In this document: one piece after another, positions 39,536 to 51,759 of the stretch
Position numbering within the stretch: position 1 is the stretch's first letter
Layout of the letters: each line of letters begins with the position of its first letter
Made by a program: the position numbers and the translations under genes
NCBI GenBank assembly: GCA_021613535.1
Contig: CP075497.1
Span: forward strand, 868,001 to 932,000
Reading direction: 5' to 3'
Length of the DNA: 64,000 bases
Source of the DNA: Adineta vaga
Taxonomy: Eukaryota; Animalia; Rotifera
The notes under the pieces: model-generated
Told to the model about the DNA's origin: nothing
What the model saw: the letters and a program-made list of their open reading frames with translations, nothing else
Database searches by the model: none

Positions 39536-42500
39536 CTATTGATATTTGTGAATCTTTTTTTCAATATCCATCTATTCCTGTTCTTTATGGACATGTACAT
39601 TTTTTGTATAATAATAATCAATCAAGATTAATGGAAGATATTGGAAATGTTTTATTACCTGATTATATTTGTTATGATAAATATTTATGTAATTCTATTC
39701 AACCGACGTTTTCTTATGAAAATTCTAGTTGTCGATATCGTCAAGAAATAATTAATATTGATCTTGATTATGATAAATTTTTATTATCTGTAGAAAAATA
39801 CTTTCGTCATTGTGCAATTCCATTTATGATGAATCATAATGAACAACATTCATCGATTTATTATTGTAAAAACTCTTCGAAATATATTTCAAAACATCGT
39901 CTTATGGATCATATTATTGATTGTCATTTAGGTGATGATGAAGAACAATTTGAACTTAGTTGTTTATCAAAAGATAAATATCGTTTTAAATGTTATGATC
40001 AAGATAAAATATGTTGGTCATCATCCGTCGATCATAATGTTTGTATTATAAATAATCAAAAACAAAATTTCAATCAAATATCATTTCAAAATATTTGTGA
40101 TGGAATTCTTCATCTTATATCACAAGAAATCAATGGAGAAATTCATAATGATGAAACAGAATGTCAATATTGGCCATGTAATAATATTTATACAAGATGT
40201 GATAATATAAAAACTTGTTTAAATGGTGAAGATGAATATGGATGTTCGGAAAATGATTGTTCATTAAATGAATATTTATGTATTTCACCAATAACATATA
40301 AAAGAATGTGTTTACCATTAAATGAAATGGGTGATAATATAATTGATTGTCTTGGAGGAACAGATGAACTTCAACATTGTTATTTATTACAAGAAGAAGA
40401 AAATAAATTTCAATGTTGGAATAATACACAATGTATTTCTCTTGAAAAATTATGTCATTATTTCTTTGATTGTCGTTTAGAATCTAATTGTCAAATTAAT
40501 GATGAAATATGTTATAAAAATAGAAATAATTATTATCAAATTGAAGATTTAATTTGTCAATTAAATGATATTCAAAATAGAATTAAAAGTTTTTCATTAA
40601 AAACTGCACGAATTTATCCTCAATTAGAAACAAATGTATCTCATAAAAATCTCAATAATAATCATCATCGTGAAATTCATATTAAAAATATTCGATCTGA
40701 TTTTGGTTATGATGGATGGATATGGTATTGTCATCGTGGATTACCTATTATTACATGGTTAGATAATGAAACATTTATACAACAATGTTTATGTCCTCCA
40801 ACTTATTATGGTGATTTATGTGAATATCAGAATGAACGTGTTAGTCTTACATTACGTTTATTATCTATTAATCTAAATAATGTATATACATTTTTAGTAT
40901 TATTAATGGATGATGATGGACAAATTAATTCATATGAACAATTTATATTTACAACACAATGGGATTGTTCAAAAAAATTTAATCTTTATCTTTTATATTC
41001 TACTCGTCCAAAGAATTTATCGAAAATATATTTTATACATATTGATGCTTTTGATAAATATACAATGATATATCATGCTAGTTGGTATTTATCAATTCCA
41101 TTTCTTTTTCTACCTGTCAATCGAATTGCAGCAAATTTATTTATACCATTTCAAAGTATTCAAAATTTACCGACTTGTAATTTAACATGTAATCAAAATG
41201 GTCAATGTATGAAATATATTAATATAGAAAAATTCTTTTGCCGTTGTTATTTGAATTGGACTGGTCTATATTGTGATATACCTGTTGATATTAATGATTG
41301 TTCAAATGATTATTGCGAAAATAATGGTCAATGTATTGTTTTACAAAATAATATAAATGCTTATCGATATGTTTGTATATATTCAGAATTATTTTCTAAT
41401 TTTGATTGTGAAAATAAAAATAAAAAATTAGAAATAATATTAAATAATATAGATATTCCATCATATATATTATTCTATATTATGATACAACATGGTGAAT
41501 CATGGGAAACAATAGTTTTTATCAAAAAATTAATGTATAATCAAAATATGATTCAATTGTATATTGATAGAATAATATCTCTTGCATTTATTAAATTTTC
41601 TAATGATTATTATTTAGCTGTAACACGAACAGAAGAGAATAGTTATGAAGATATTCATACACAAATAACTCCTAATCAACGATGTTTACATATTAATGAA
41701 TTATTTCCAATAACATTATCACGTATTCAACGAATCAAATATTATCATCAAGTTTGTTACAATCGATCAATCGATATCTGGTGTTTTTATGATGAAATTT
41801 ATATGTGTTTATGTACAATAGATAATCATACAAATTGTCTTAATTTTAATCATAATTTAACACTTACATGTCGACATAATGATTTTTGTGAAAATAATGG
41901 TTTATGTTTTCAAGATGATATTACTTGTCCAACAAATACAATATGTATTTGTACAGATTGTTATTTTGGTAATCGATGTCAATTTTATGCAAAAGCTTTT
42001 GGTTTAACACTTGATGATGTTCTTCGTTATGAAATTCAACGTAATTTAACATTTTCTCAACAATCAACAACAATTAAAGCAAGTGCAAGTATTACAATAC
42101 TTATATTTTTTTTAAGTTTTATCAATGGAATTTTTTCTATTTTAACTTTTCGTCAAAAACAATCACAACAAGTTGGTTGTGGATTATATCTATTTAGTTC
42201 ATCAATTACGACGATTCTTACTATGATTTTATTTTTGATTAAATTTTGGTTTGTAGTTTTATTTCAAATTGATTTTGTTGTTAATCGAATAAGTCTTCAA
42301 TTAAGTTGTAAACTTATTGAATATTTATTGAAATCTTCAATATATACAGATAATTGGTTAAGTGGATGTGTGGCAATTGAACGAGCATATTCAGTTTTTA
42401 TTGGAGTTAGTTTTAATAAAATGAAAAGTAAATATATTGCTAAACGAATAATCTGTATTTTAATCATTTTGATTATGTTATCTATTATTCATGAACCTAT

Positions 42501-42969
42501 TTATCGAGACTTATATGATGATAAAGAAGAACAACGAATTTTATGTGTTGCATTTTATTCACAACTAATACAAAATTATAATTCAACAATTATTTTAATT
42601 CATTTTCTTACACCATGTATTATTAATTTATTTTCAGCTTTATTTATAATTATTATGACTGCACGTCAACGTAATACTAGTCAATCTCGATTAACTTTTC
42701 AACAACATTTTATAAAACAACTTAATGAACATAAACAAATTCTGATTAGTCCAACTGCTCTTGTTATTCTATCTTTACCACGTTTAATTATTTCATTAAT
42801 AACAACTTGTATCAAATCATCACGTAATCCATGGTTATATCTTATTGGTTATTTTATTTCATTTGTACCATCAATGCTTATGTTTATTATTTTTGTTTTA
42901 CCTTCTGATTTATATTATAAACAATTTAAAGTCTCAATTAAAATTTGTCGATTATGTTTACAACGATAA
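39448..42969 (+). CDS. 5'-truncated LDLa/EGF-GPCR; open frame begins inside the hairpin
   Basis: Homology to the 6315 paralog starts at ~39536 (GHVHFLY...PDYICY). No signal peptide or N-terminal region. Uninterrupted to the 7TM domain (CVAIER). Confidence 0.8.
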   Translation: MRRIPHTHTHTHPHPHPHPPPPPPTPTPLTIDICESFFQYPSIPVLYGHVHFLYNNNQSRLMEDIGNVLLPDYICYDKYLCNSIQPTFSYENSSCRYRQEIINIDLDYDKFLLSVEKYFRHCAIPFMMNHNEQHSSIYYCKNSSKYISKHRLMDHIIDCHLGDDEEQFELSCLSKDKYRFKCYDQDKICWSSSVDHNVCIINNQKQNFNQISFQNICDGILHLISQEINGEIHNDETECQYWPCNNIYTRCDNIKTCLNGEDEYGCSENDCSLNEYLCISPITYKRMCLPLNEMGDNIIDCLGGTDELQHCYLLQEEENKFQCWNNTQCISLEKLCHYFFDCRLESNCQINDEICYKNRNNYYQIEDLICQLNDIQNRIKSFSLKTARIYPQLETNVSHKNLNNNHHREIHIKNIRSDFGYDGWIWYCHRGLPIITWLDNETFIQQCLCPPTYYGDLCEYQNERVSLTLRLLSINLNNVYTFLVLLMDDDGQINSYEQFIFTTQWDCSKKFNLYLLYSTRPKNLSKIYFIHIDAFDKYTMIYHASWYLSIPFLFLPVNRIAANLFIPFQSIQNLPTCNLTCNQNGQCMKYINIEKFFCRCYLNWTGLYCDIPVDINDCSNDYCENNGQCIVLQNNINAYRYVCIYSELFSNFDCENKNKKLEIILNNIDIPSYILFYIMIQHGESWETIVFIKKLMYNQNMIQLYIDRIISLAFIKFSNDYYLAVTRTEENSYEDIHTQITPNQRCLHINELFPITLSRIQRIKYYHQVCYNRSIDIWCFYDEIYMCLCTIDNHTNCLNFNHNLTLTCRHNDFCENNGLCFQDDITCPTNTICICTDCYFGNRCQFYAKAFGLTLDDVLRYEIQRNLTFSQQSTTIKASASITILIFFLSFINGIFSILTFRQKQSQQVGCGLYLFSSSITTILTMILFLIKFWFVVLFQIDFVVNRISLQLSCKLIEYLLKSSIYTDNWLSGCVAIERAYSVFIGVSFNKMKSKYIAKRIICILIILIMLSIIHEPIYRDLYDDKEEQRILCVAFYSQLIQNYNSTIILIHFLTPCIINLFSALFIIIMTARQRNTSQSRLTFQQHFIKQLNEHKQILISPTALVILSLPRLIISLITTCIKSSRNPWLYLIGYFISFVPSMLMFIIFVLPSDLYYKQFKVSIKICRLCLQR

Positions 42970-43114
42970 ACAACTCTTATAGAACAATCTAATATTAAAT
43001 ATATCATAAAAAAACGTCTGCTCCCTTTTTGAGTATGAATCTCTCTTCGTCAAAAACACTCATATCCTCATTCTCATTCTCTGTTGTTTTCCTTCTATAG
43101 TGAACAGTTCGTTT

Positions 43115-43166
43115 CTGAGGGTGTGGGTGCAGAAGATATACCTACACCCACACCCACACCCTCAAG
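43115..43166. repeat. telomeric-repeat hairpin element
   Basis: CTGAGGGTGTGGGTG-CAGAAGATATACCTA-CACCCACACCCACACCCTCAAG. Confidence 0.9.
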
Positions 43167-44063
43167 ACGGATTCGGTCGTGAGTCAAGCGAGTCGTAGCG
43201 ACGAGCGTTACTTGTATTCAAAAAGGCTGAACAGAACACCACCAATCCTTCTCGTATTTTTGACAATGATGCAGTATGTCTTTTGCGTCACAAGAGTCAT
43301 TCACAGAGAGAAAAAGAAAAGTTGATTGACACACAGTTTTTTTTCGTGGAAAGTCGATGTCCTCGTACACAACATACTTGAATAGCAACCTTCACTTGCA
43401 TAGCAAATATTGATAACAAAGAGGAGAATGACGTGCTTTGCTGGCTATCATCAGTGAGTTTTTTCTAACTTACAAAAAATATCATAAAGTCAATACACAG
43501 GTGAAGTGACGCTGAATGAGTAAGCGTTGGCGTCCGTATGATGACGTTTGCACCACTTTGATGTAAACGAATTTCTCAGACATTGCTATGTAGAGCAGGG
43601 AACAACAGTACGATTGTACACCCTGAAATAACTTCTACACTAAAAAAGTGTAGATCCTATATACGAATTATCAATCGTTTCTTCGGAAAATGTATTGAAC
43701 AATTGGATATCGAGGTCTTGTTTATGATTTTCGGATTAGTAGAATAGAGTCTCTATATACACAATTTGCTTTCTGACTCATTCCTATGATACGAGTATTT
43801 GTTGTTCCTTCGGGAAATGTATAGATCGATTGTCGATGCAAGTATCTTGTTTGTGATCGTAGGACCATTCGAACAGAATATATTTATACAATTAAGACCG
43901 TGTCTGATGAGACTCTTAGGCATGGTCTAAACGCGTCATGTTTTGCTTGACTCACTCTCTTTAAAGCGTAGTTGTTTGCTAATTGTCACACTTATTTATT
44001 CATATAAATAAATCACTTTCTGAATTACAATTACATAAGAGCAGAGTCTGTAAAAAAATTACT

Positions 44064-45228
44064 TCAGAACTTCGAAAGAACCATAACTAACACATTAAAT
44101 ACGATCATTATTGTTAAGCTGTTTTGGCTTGCACTAACTCCACTGTTGTCTGGCTTATGAGTTGTGGCTTCAGTAACTGCTGTTTTTCTCTCTGTTGTTG
44201 TTGTTGTTGTTCTTTTGCTCGTTGTCACCGTTGAACTTGTCGATAGAGTTGGTGCTGGAGTTGATGCATACGCTTGAATCCAATCAAGATAAGCAGCAAC
44301 TCGAGTATAGACACCAGCATAAGATCGTTCTGCACATCCAACTCCATGACTTGTAATACCAACCAGTTCCCATACTTTCTGATCGGAACGCCACTGCATG
44401 AGAGGACCACCAGAATCACCTTGACATGTGTCTAAAAGACGGAATGAGAGAATGGAAATAAGTAAAGACAAGGATAGATTTTCTTCTAGCTTACGAACCT
44501 TTCCCGAAAGCAGCAGCACACAACTGAGTCTTCGGATCATTCTGCTGTGTAGCGAATCGACAAGTTGGATCAGCTTTATCGATTGCCTGTATAGTCACTT
44601 GTCTCAATGTGTTTGAACCGGCTCCACTATGTTCTCGTTGATCACCCCAACCAATTGCAATAAGATTTGTTCCGACGATTGGATATTCTGGATTTGACAA
44701 ATCTACTGGAGTAGAGTTGAACGATGGCAGACAAATTCTTGAAATGAACGGCATCCGTTCAAAATCAATTCTTTGTCGAAGGGTTACTATTGCAATATCA
44801 TATTTTTGTTGTTTATCATCACTATCGTACTGAGAATGACTTCTCACATCATAAAGATCGTAGAACGCAGAGCCCGATTCCGGAGACGACTTATCATAAG
44901 CGCCGAGTAGAACCCGTACGATTTTTACTGGATCAAATCCCTGCTTTCGGATCCAAGGCCAACAATGTGCAGCTGTTACAATATGTTTTTCGTCGATGAC
45001 TGTCCCACCACAAAAGTGTGCTCCACCATAATCACTCTTCAGCTCGAAAGAAGCTGCCCAACCCCACGTACCGATTTGTGCTTCTTCACCATTGACAATA
45101 CGAGCGTTCATGATGGTTGTGTGATATTTTGAACAACCACAGCCAAGTTGTGTGTCGCAGGTGTACGTAGTAGCATTACTGGCAGCAAAGAAGAGAGCGA
45201 TGATGATGAAAGTCGTGAAGACAAACAT
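44064..45228 (-). CDS. trypsin-like S1A serine protease with Thr-rich stalk and hydrophobic (GPI-like) tail; intron 44432-44498
   Basis: Signal peptide; R-IVNG activation site; TAAHC, DIAI, GK|[10 protein letters not shown]. Confidence 0.92.
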
Positions 45229-46033
45229 GATTCTTCCGAAAAATACTGACTTATCTCTTTTTTCCCTCTCTTTATATAAGAATTCTACTACCGCTTTTAT
45301 AGTAGATAAGATAACGGTTAGTTATCAATGTATGACTAAGTTTTGTTAGTGTATAGATCATAGCACAACAATAAGAGAGATAAAACAAAAATCCTTTTTC
45401 AACGCTAAACAGCATCGTAGGAGAAGTCATGAGTTTCGAGCATAGCGAATCAGAAAAATTGTTGTGAGGTGTGATGCAAGAAACTTCTCACTTCTTTCAA
45501 AGGAGTCTAAATTCAATTTTCTGTCTTCACACTTATACAATGAATCCGTGAAAGTATTAAGTTACCAAGATTCTAAATGTCTAAATAATATGCTCGAACA
45601 TAAGTAAGCCGATTATCACAGCGTAGAGTGAAAACTCTTTTATATAAATGATGATTCACAATCGTTTATGATCTAAACAAGTTAGAGCATACAATTTAGA
45701 GATTATCCGTTGAGTTAGGCTGTCCTATATACTGGATAAAAAAAAAGAGTAGAACACTAAACTCTTGCTGTATATGCAACTTTTCATAAACTATTTAAAC
45801 GTTTATCACGGTATCCTAAACCTTTCAAGGTTTTAATGGCAACGGGTTTATGAGAAACCAAGGATATATACATAAAAAGAAGCTTATTCTTTTGAAATTT
45901 AAGAAAAAGATTTATGATTCTATAGGATGATGTCCAGTAAATCATTAGCCAAAGAAAAATTCGGATATTTCTGCCATATTTTAATTAACTGGACTAATAT
46001 TCTTACCATTGACGAGTAAAACGTTGTCAAAAA

Positions 46034-46441
46034 GTGAGGGTGAGGATGAGAATAGCTATCATGATTTGTAGTTCGTCCAGACTAAAGACTGAATGAAACT
46101 CTAGGCTTCGAGACTTACAGATTTCATGAATATTCAAGAAACTTTGGACACTACATGAAATTACTGTAACGCGCAATAAATAATACTCATCGTATAGAGA
46201 TAAGAAAATAGTTTTTTGCTTCTTAGAATTCTTTCCCACTGTAGATTTATAATTAAAATGTTTCAAGATGATATAACTAATGTGAAATACGATTGTACCT
46301 AGGGGAAACATTGTGACTTCGCCCATGAAGTCTCTTGACGTCCCTTGAAGTCTTTGGAAGTCTTGAAGCCTACAGTTTCATTCAGTCTTTAGTCTGGACG
46401 AACTCTAAATCATGGTAGCTATTCTCATCCTCATCCTCAAG
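46034..46441. mobile_element. ~410-bp foldback element with ~80-bp TIRs ending in the telomeric motif
   Basis: GTGAGGGTGAGGATGAGAATAGCTATCATGATTTGTAGTTCGTCCAGACTAAAGACTGAATGAAAC... is mirrored at ~46359-46441. Confidence 0.85.
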
Positions 46442-46711
46442 AAGTTTTCATTACATTCTTCCTTCAATTTTTTTTCGTTTCTTGGTCGGAAGCTTGAGCT
46501 CGGCGTAGTACGGGACTTTATAACTAGTGAACTCTACATCTTCCAAAATTTAGTTAAAATTTCTGCTGTCAACTTTAATTTTTAAATTAAACTTCAGATG
46601 ATACTACTTAAAATTACGTTTAATTTTGCTTGAAACTTAATTCTGCTTGAAATAAATATATAGTAAAATCTCGTCTATAATCATAACTGATGATGATAGT
46701 CTCACAGGCTT

Positions 46712-46756
46712 ACCCACACACTGTTCTACGTACACCCACAACCACACCCTCAAGAT
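46712..46756. repeat. telomeric hairpin right arm
   Basis: CACCCACAACCACACCCTCAAGAT. Confidence 0.75.
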
Positions 46757-47078
46757 ATTAGAATATGACCATGCAAAAGATTTTATGGATGTCAATTATG
46801 CTGGAAATAGGTACCAGGTGCATGGGCCTCATCGCTTGAAGTATTAGGTATTGGCTATGCTAAAGATTCATGGGACACCTATTATCTGGGGGAGAAAGTA
46901 CACAACGGTCAAAAAAATTGACTCGCCATTTTATTTGAAGGTAAATAAATTTCTTCCCATTTTATCCAGCTTTGTGCAAATCAAAGAAGAAACTAATCAG
47001 GATTTATTGTCAATGTTTCGCTCCTAAAAGGAAATTTTCGACTTAAATATGCGGCAAAATAACGATGGAGCACAACTA

Positions 47079-47150
47079 TTGAGGATGTGCGTGAGTTGGT
47101 GTGGATGTAACCCTAAACATTACTCACACGCACATCAACACCCACCCTAA
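47079..47150. repeat. telomeric-repeat hairpin element
   Basis: TTGAGGATGTGCGTGAGTTGGTGTGG...CTCACACGCACATCAACACCCACCCTAA. Confidence 0.75.
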
Positions 47151-47211
47151 TGGAACGCTAGAAGGATCATAGTTAACATATTGAGGCCGACGTTTATTGT
47201 GGCACACTCGT

Positions 47212-47759
47212 CTATTGATCGTTTGCGTGTTTCAGAGTATCATATAAATCCTTGAGACCAAATATAAGTGAGCTTCGCTTAATGAAGTGATGCTCCAAAT
47301 GGATAATTATAAAGTTCGAATCTGAATTGATTTTTTTAACGAAAAAGAGAGTTTCTGGAAACACTAACACTTCAGCTTCATTTTCATATTCCGAAATACA
47401 GGGTTCTTTGTCTGATATTTTCCCTAAATTGATGGCTTCTTCAGTTTTTTTTTGAAAACTCAAACACCATCAAAACTTTCTCTTTATCGTTACCGGATTT
47501 TGATAACTCAGCAAATGGTTGCGCTACTTGTCGATCTAATGAGGTTGAACAGAATGTTTTTGTTTCATTAGCTGCTTTCTTGCGCAATGACCACCGGTAA
47601 GGACGAAGGTCTTTAGTTGTTATTTTAAGATCACGATAGGAGGTGCCTTGGAAGAATCGTGATTTCAGTTTGCTCATTGAAGCTTCTAGCTGTTCCATCA
47701 GTGGCCCCGTGCCAGAAGCTATGTGACGACAAAATGGTGTTTCCAGAGTGTACAATCGA
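47212..47759 (-). pseudogene. R-S-E ADP-ribosyltransferase fragment, frameshifted and 5'-truncated
   Basis: RLYTLETPF, SYR, FCSTS, ENEAEVL motifs; frameshift in the poly-T run at ~47445-47453; bounded by hairpins on both sides. Confidence 0.75.
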
Positions 47760-47878
47760 AGCATCTTGAGGATGTGAGGGTGTGGGTGTGGATGAGTGCG
47801 AGGTGGATAATAAAAGAAAACGCTCTTACCCTCAGACCTCACATCCACACCCATCCACATCCACACCCTCAAGATGCT
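47760..47878. repeat. telomeric-repeat hairpin element with perfect 12-bp termini
   Basis: AGCATCTTGAGG...CCTCAAGATGCT; no flanking direct repeat. Confidence 0.92.
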
Positions 47879-48383
47879 ATATTTTAGATATATTCATTTC
47901 AATAAAATGAAATTCAGGAATCAAAATTTAACCTACAGAAGTTACTTACCCATGTTGACAAACAACTGCAGAGCAGCATACAAATTCTCGCCAAACTAAA
48001 ATCAACTGCCGATAATCAATTGCATTAAAATAAACGAGACCTCTGTGCTTTTACAATGACACCACAAACAAAAACCACAAAGAGACAATTCTAAAATTTA
48101 AAACTAATCCCAATTCTATCTAAAAAAAGCATACCCACTTCTTTCATCCGTGACACGCTTTACCGAAGAACATAACAATTCGTCATCCCGAACCTCGATC
48201 CACTGACACCAATACTATGAACGCTCCAAATCCTGGAACAATTCAGGAGTCATAAAAATGATATTTCCCAATAAAATTTCTTTCGAAAGATATATACTAC
48301 TGAGCTAATAACTACAACACTCCTGAAAATTAACTAACTATTAGATAACAGAATTATATATATATTATTGTGGTAACTCTTTT

Positions 48384-48408
48384 CACACCCACCCATATCC
48401 ACACCCTC
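48384..48408. repeat. telomeric hairpin right arm
   Basis: CACACCCACCCATATCCACACCCTC. Confidence 0.65.
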
Positions 48409-49090
48409 TTGTAAATACTTCATTCGATTATACTGTTGCGTTCGATATAAAATATTTTGAAAATCTTTCTTTAGACTTTCATTAAGATCTAACGTTTCAT
48501 TTTTGTGAAAACAGAATGACGTTGTTTACTCAATTTTGAACTGATAAAACATTTTCTGTATATGAAAAAAAGCTTTTTCTGGTTATCTCGCATTATGTGA
48601 TTTAATGCAAAAGAAGTTAACATGTTTTTCTTTTCTCTATATATTAATATATTAATAGACCTCGCCATACATAAAATGATTAGAAGTTAGTGACGATAAA
48701 ACAGAAAGCTATTTTCTCAGAATTTAATACGAAGAACATCTGCTTTTCTTCACCGATTTATACAACCGAACTCTGACTAGTTGGCAGTGAGTAGCTGTAT
48801 TTTAAGTTCTAGATAACGACAGTCTTTATTTCTGGTAGAATTTAATATTTGAATCGTTGAGAGACTAGTAAGTAGACATTTTTTTTTTGTATAAGATCAA
48901 CATTGAAAAAGCACTTTACTGTTTGTTGACTAAAAGATATTTGTGGCATTATGTTTTGTTACCACTGAAAGAGTTTTTTTCTTTCAAAAAGTTTATCGCT
49001 TTTAAAGAAGTTCAGAAAAATATGATTTTAAGATGAATTTTCTCTACTGTAAATCGTATATTGTAGATTACAGTACAAAAAAAAGTCAAA

Positions 49091-50045
49091 ATGACTTCAT
49101 CATTAATTGAATCGCTTACTTTGGCTAAAAAATTACTGCCAATTTATTTTCTTATTCCGGCTTTTATTAGTGGTGTTATTGGTGGATGTCTTAATGTTAT
49201 TATATTTCTTAGTTTAAAAATATTTCGACAAAATTCATGTGCATTTTATTTAATGATTATGTCAGCTTTTGATGTTGGTCGACTTTTCATAAATATATTA
49301 CCTTATATTATGCGTTGGGGATTTGGAATGGATTGGGGAATTTCATCATTAGATTTTTGTAAACTTAGACTTTGCACATCTAGTATAGCTACTCTATCTT
49401 CAATGACATGTTTCTGTTTCGCTGCTATTGATCGATATTTTGCAACATCTACTAGTGTTCGGTGGCAACGATGGTGTAATATTAAATTGGCTTATTGTTT
49501 ATCAACAATATTTATCTTTATTTGGATTTTACAGGGAATACCATATGTAGTATTTCATAATCATGTCATATCACCTACAACAAACAAAATTGCATGTCAA
49601 GTAACAAATAATATTTTCAATCAATATCTTACTTATGGTTATTATCCTACTTTGTTAACTCTGTTACCATTGATTACAGTTATCTTTGGATTAATGGCTT
49701 ATTATAATGCACGACATTCATCTCATCGAACAGTTCCTCTAGTTCAACGTGAATTAGATAAACAATTAACTGTAATGGTTCTTATTCAAGTTTTCATTAG
49801 TTTTTGTACTACAATACCATACTCTACTAACAATATATATGCAATAAGCGCCTCTCAACAGAGTGATCCTACAGTTCTCGCTATACAGGGTTTGGTAGGA
49901 GGTTGTGCTACGGCTATCTGTATTTTAAATATAGCGGTAAGAATTTGATGAATAATACTTTTTAGCTACAAGTTTGTATTTTCCTTTTGTTCTATTTTAG
50001 AGTCCATTTTATGTATATATTTGTGTATCAAAACGATTTCGTTGA
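49091..50045 (+). CDS. rhodopsin-like (class A) GPCR; exons 49091-49936, 50001-50045
   Basis: 7TM with FCKLR, AAIDRY and SPFYVY motifs; 64-bp intron; early TGA in exon 2 (see findings). Confidence 0.8.
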
Positions 50046-50822
50046 CAATTGAAACATGTTTTATTTGACACATATGTCAAACGATATTGAGCAAATAAAA
50101 TACTTTTAAATCAAGTAGCACCAGAATTACCAACAAACAATAGATCATAAACTCTTATCTACATTCTTGCATTTGATGTTGTATTTTTATTTATTTGTTG
50201 TATTTACTTGCTTTCGTCTGTCATATTTATATTGTATTGTTTATTTGACTAACATAAAATCAACATCAGTTTTTATCCTTTTTCACTATGTAACATATGG
50301 AAAAAGTTTCAGCCTCAAGCTAAGATTGTCTTTCAAATACTGAATTGAAACAAAAAAGACAAGACTTTAAAATTTTTACTTTGAATTGGTATGGAGATAT
50401 GATAACACATAATCAAATTCATAAGAAATATTCTAAACCTTATTCTGTATTAATTTTTTTTTCGGTGAGTATTTCTGATTGTCAACAGAATGGCATTTAC
50501 ATGATTTTATTATATAGAAAAATTTATTTATATATTGACAATTCCATTTGGTTGAGTTGTTTTGATTGAGAATGTAATTCAAATGCATTTCATTCATAAG
50601 AATGACAATTCTTTAAGAACGAAGATAAAGATTTCATTTAGTTTGAGAATGTTCAGAAAAAATAATATGAATTATGATAATGAAATTCGGATCATTTTCA
50701 TTGACAGCGCAATAAAAAAATTACTTAGGGCAATTCAGAAGTAGTATCGTCAAGGTCTTATTTTCGGATCGCAATCATTTTACCGACAAACCTTTTATAA
50801 AGATACGATATTAAAAAAACTG

Positions 50823-50890
50823 TAGGTGTGGGTGAGGGTGAGATTGTGGCTGTCTCTCTGGTACCGTCATTCTCATCCTCATCCATCCTT
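50823..50890. repeat. telomeric-repeat hairpin element
   Basis: TAGGTGTGGGTGAGGGTGAG...CTCATCCTCATCCATCCTT. Confidence 0.7.
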
Positions 50891-51151
50891 GCTCCAGCCG
50901 TATACATTGTCTTTCCCTATCTACGTATTTGCACTCTGTTCAAGAGAATCTAGCCCAGTCTCTTGATTGTGTTGTACTTTGCAAACTTCTAAATTTAGCC
51001 ACCTAAGATAATATCAAATTATAGTGATAGAACAAGTTCTTGAAAAATATGACTGTCGGCAAAGTGTAGCGGACTCCTCGAATACTCTATAAAGATGAAT
51101 CATTAACATAAACGTCATTTTCATATTTTAACGAGCACACAAAACGTCAGA

Positions 51152-51203
51152 TTGTGGGTGTAGATGTGTCTCTTCTGTTTGCTCACACCCATACCTTTAA
51201 GAT
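51152..51203. repeat. telomeric-repeat hairpin element
   Basis: TTGTGGGTGTAG-ATGTGTCTCTTCTGTTTG-CTCACACCCATACCTTTAAGAT. Confidence 0.7.
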
Positions 51204-51759
51204 CTGTTAATAAGTGTAGCTTGTTTCTTTTCTTCTTGATTATGTCTCAAAAACTGAAGCAAAATACTAACATCTTCATTCGACTCAGTTTCATCTCTAT
51301 AATGTATATTTGTTTTCCTTATCATTCAATATTTTGTAATAGAATGACTGTGCAAAGTATGTTTTCAAAAATAAAACACAACACAACACATGACTAATCA
51401 AGAATATCAAGGACCACATATATCTCAGTATTTGTGTAATGATGTATACACATTTTTATCATGTATTCCTTTGTCAGCAGCGCAAAACAATAAAAGCTTA
51501 GTGTTAAGATAAATTTTGTCTACAAAAAGAAAAACACAAATGAGATTCTTAATATTAACAATAAAAGTGAGAATATTTAAAATGATGATTTGCCTTTTGC
51601 TATAATCATCATTTTAAAATTTTAATATTTTCTACGAAGTTTTTATAGTAATGAATAAAGACAGTATAGCGACAATAATAAATTATTTTATATAAATTTA
51701 CTTTTATTTTATAAAGTTGAAAACTAAGAAATTCACAAGATTAAAAGCTCGGTATTAGA

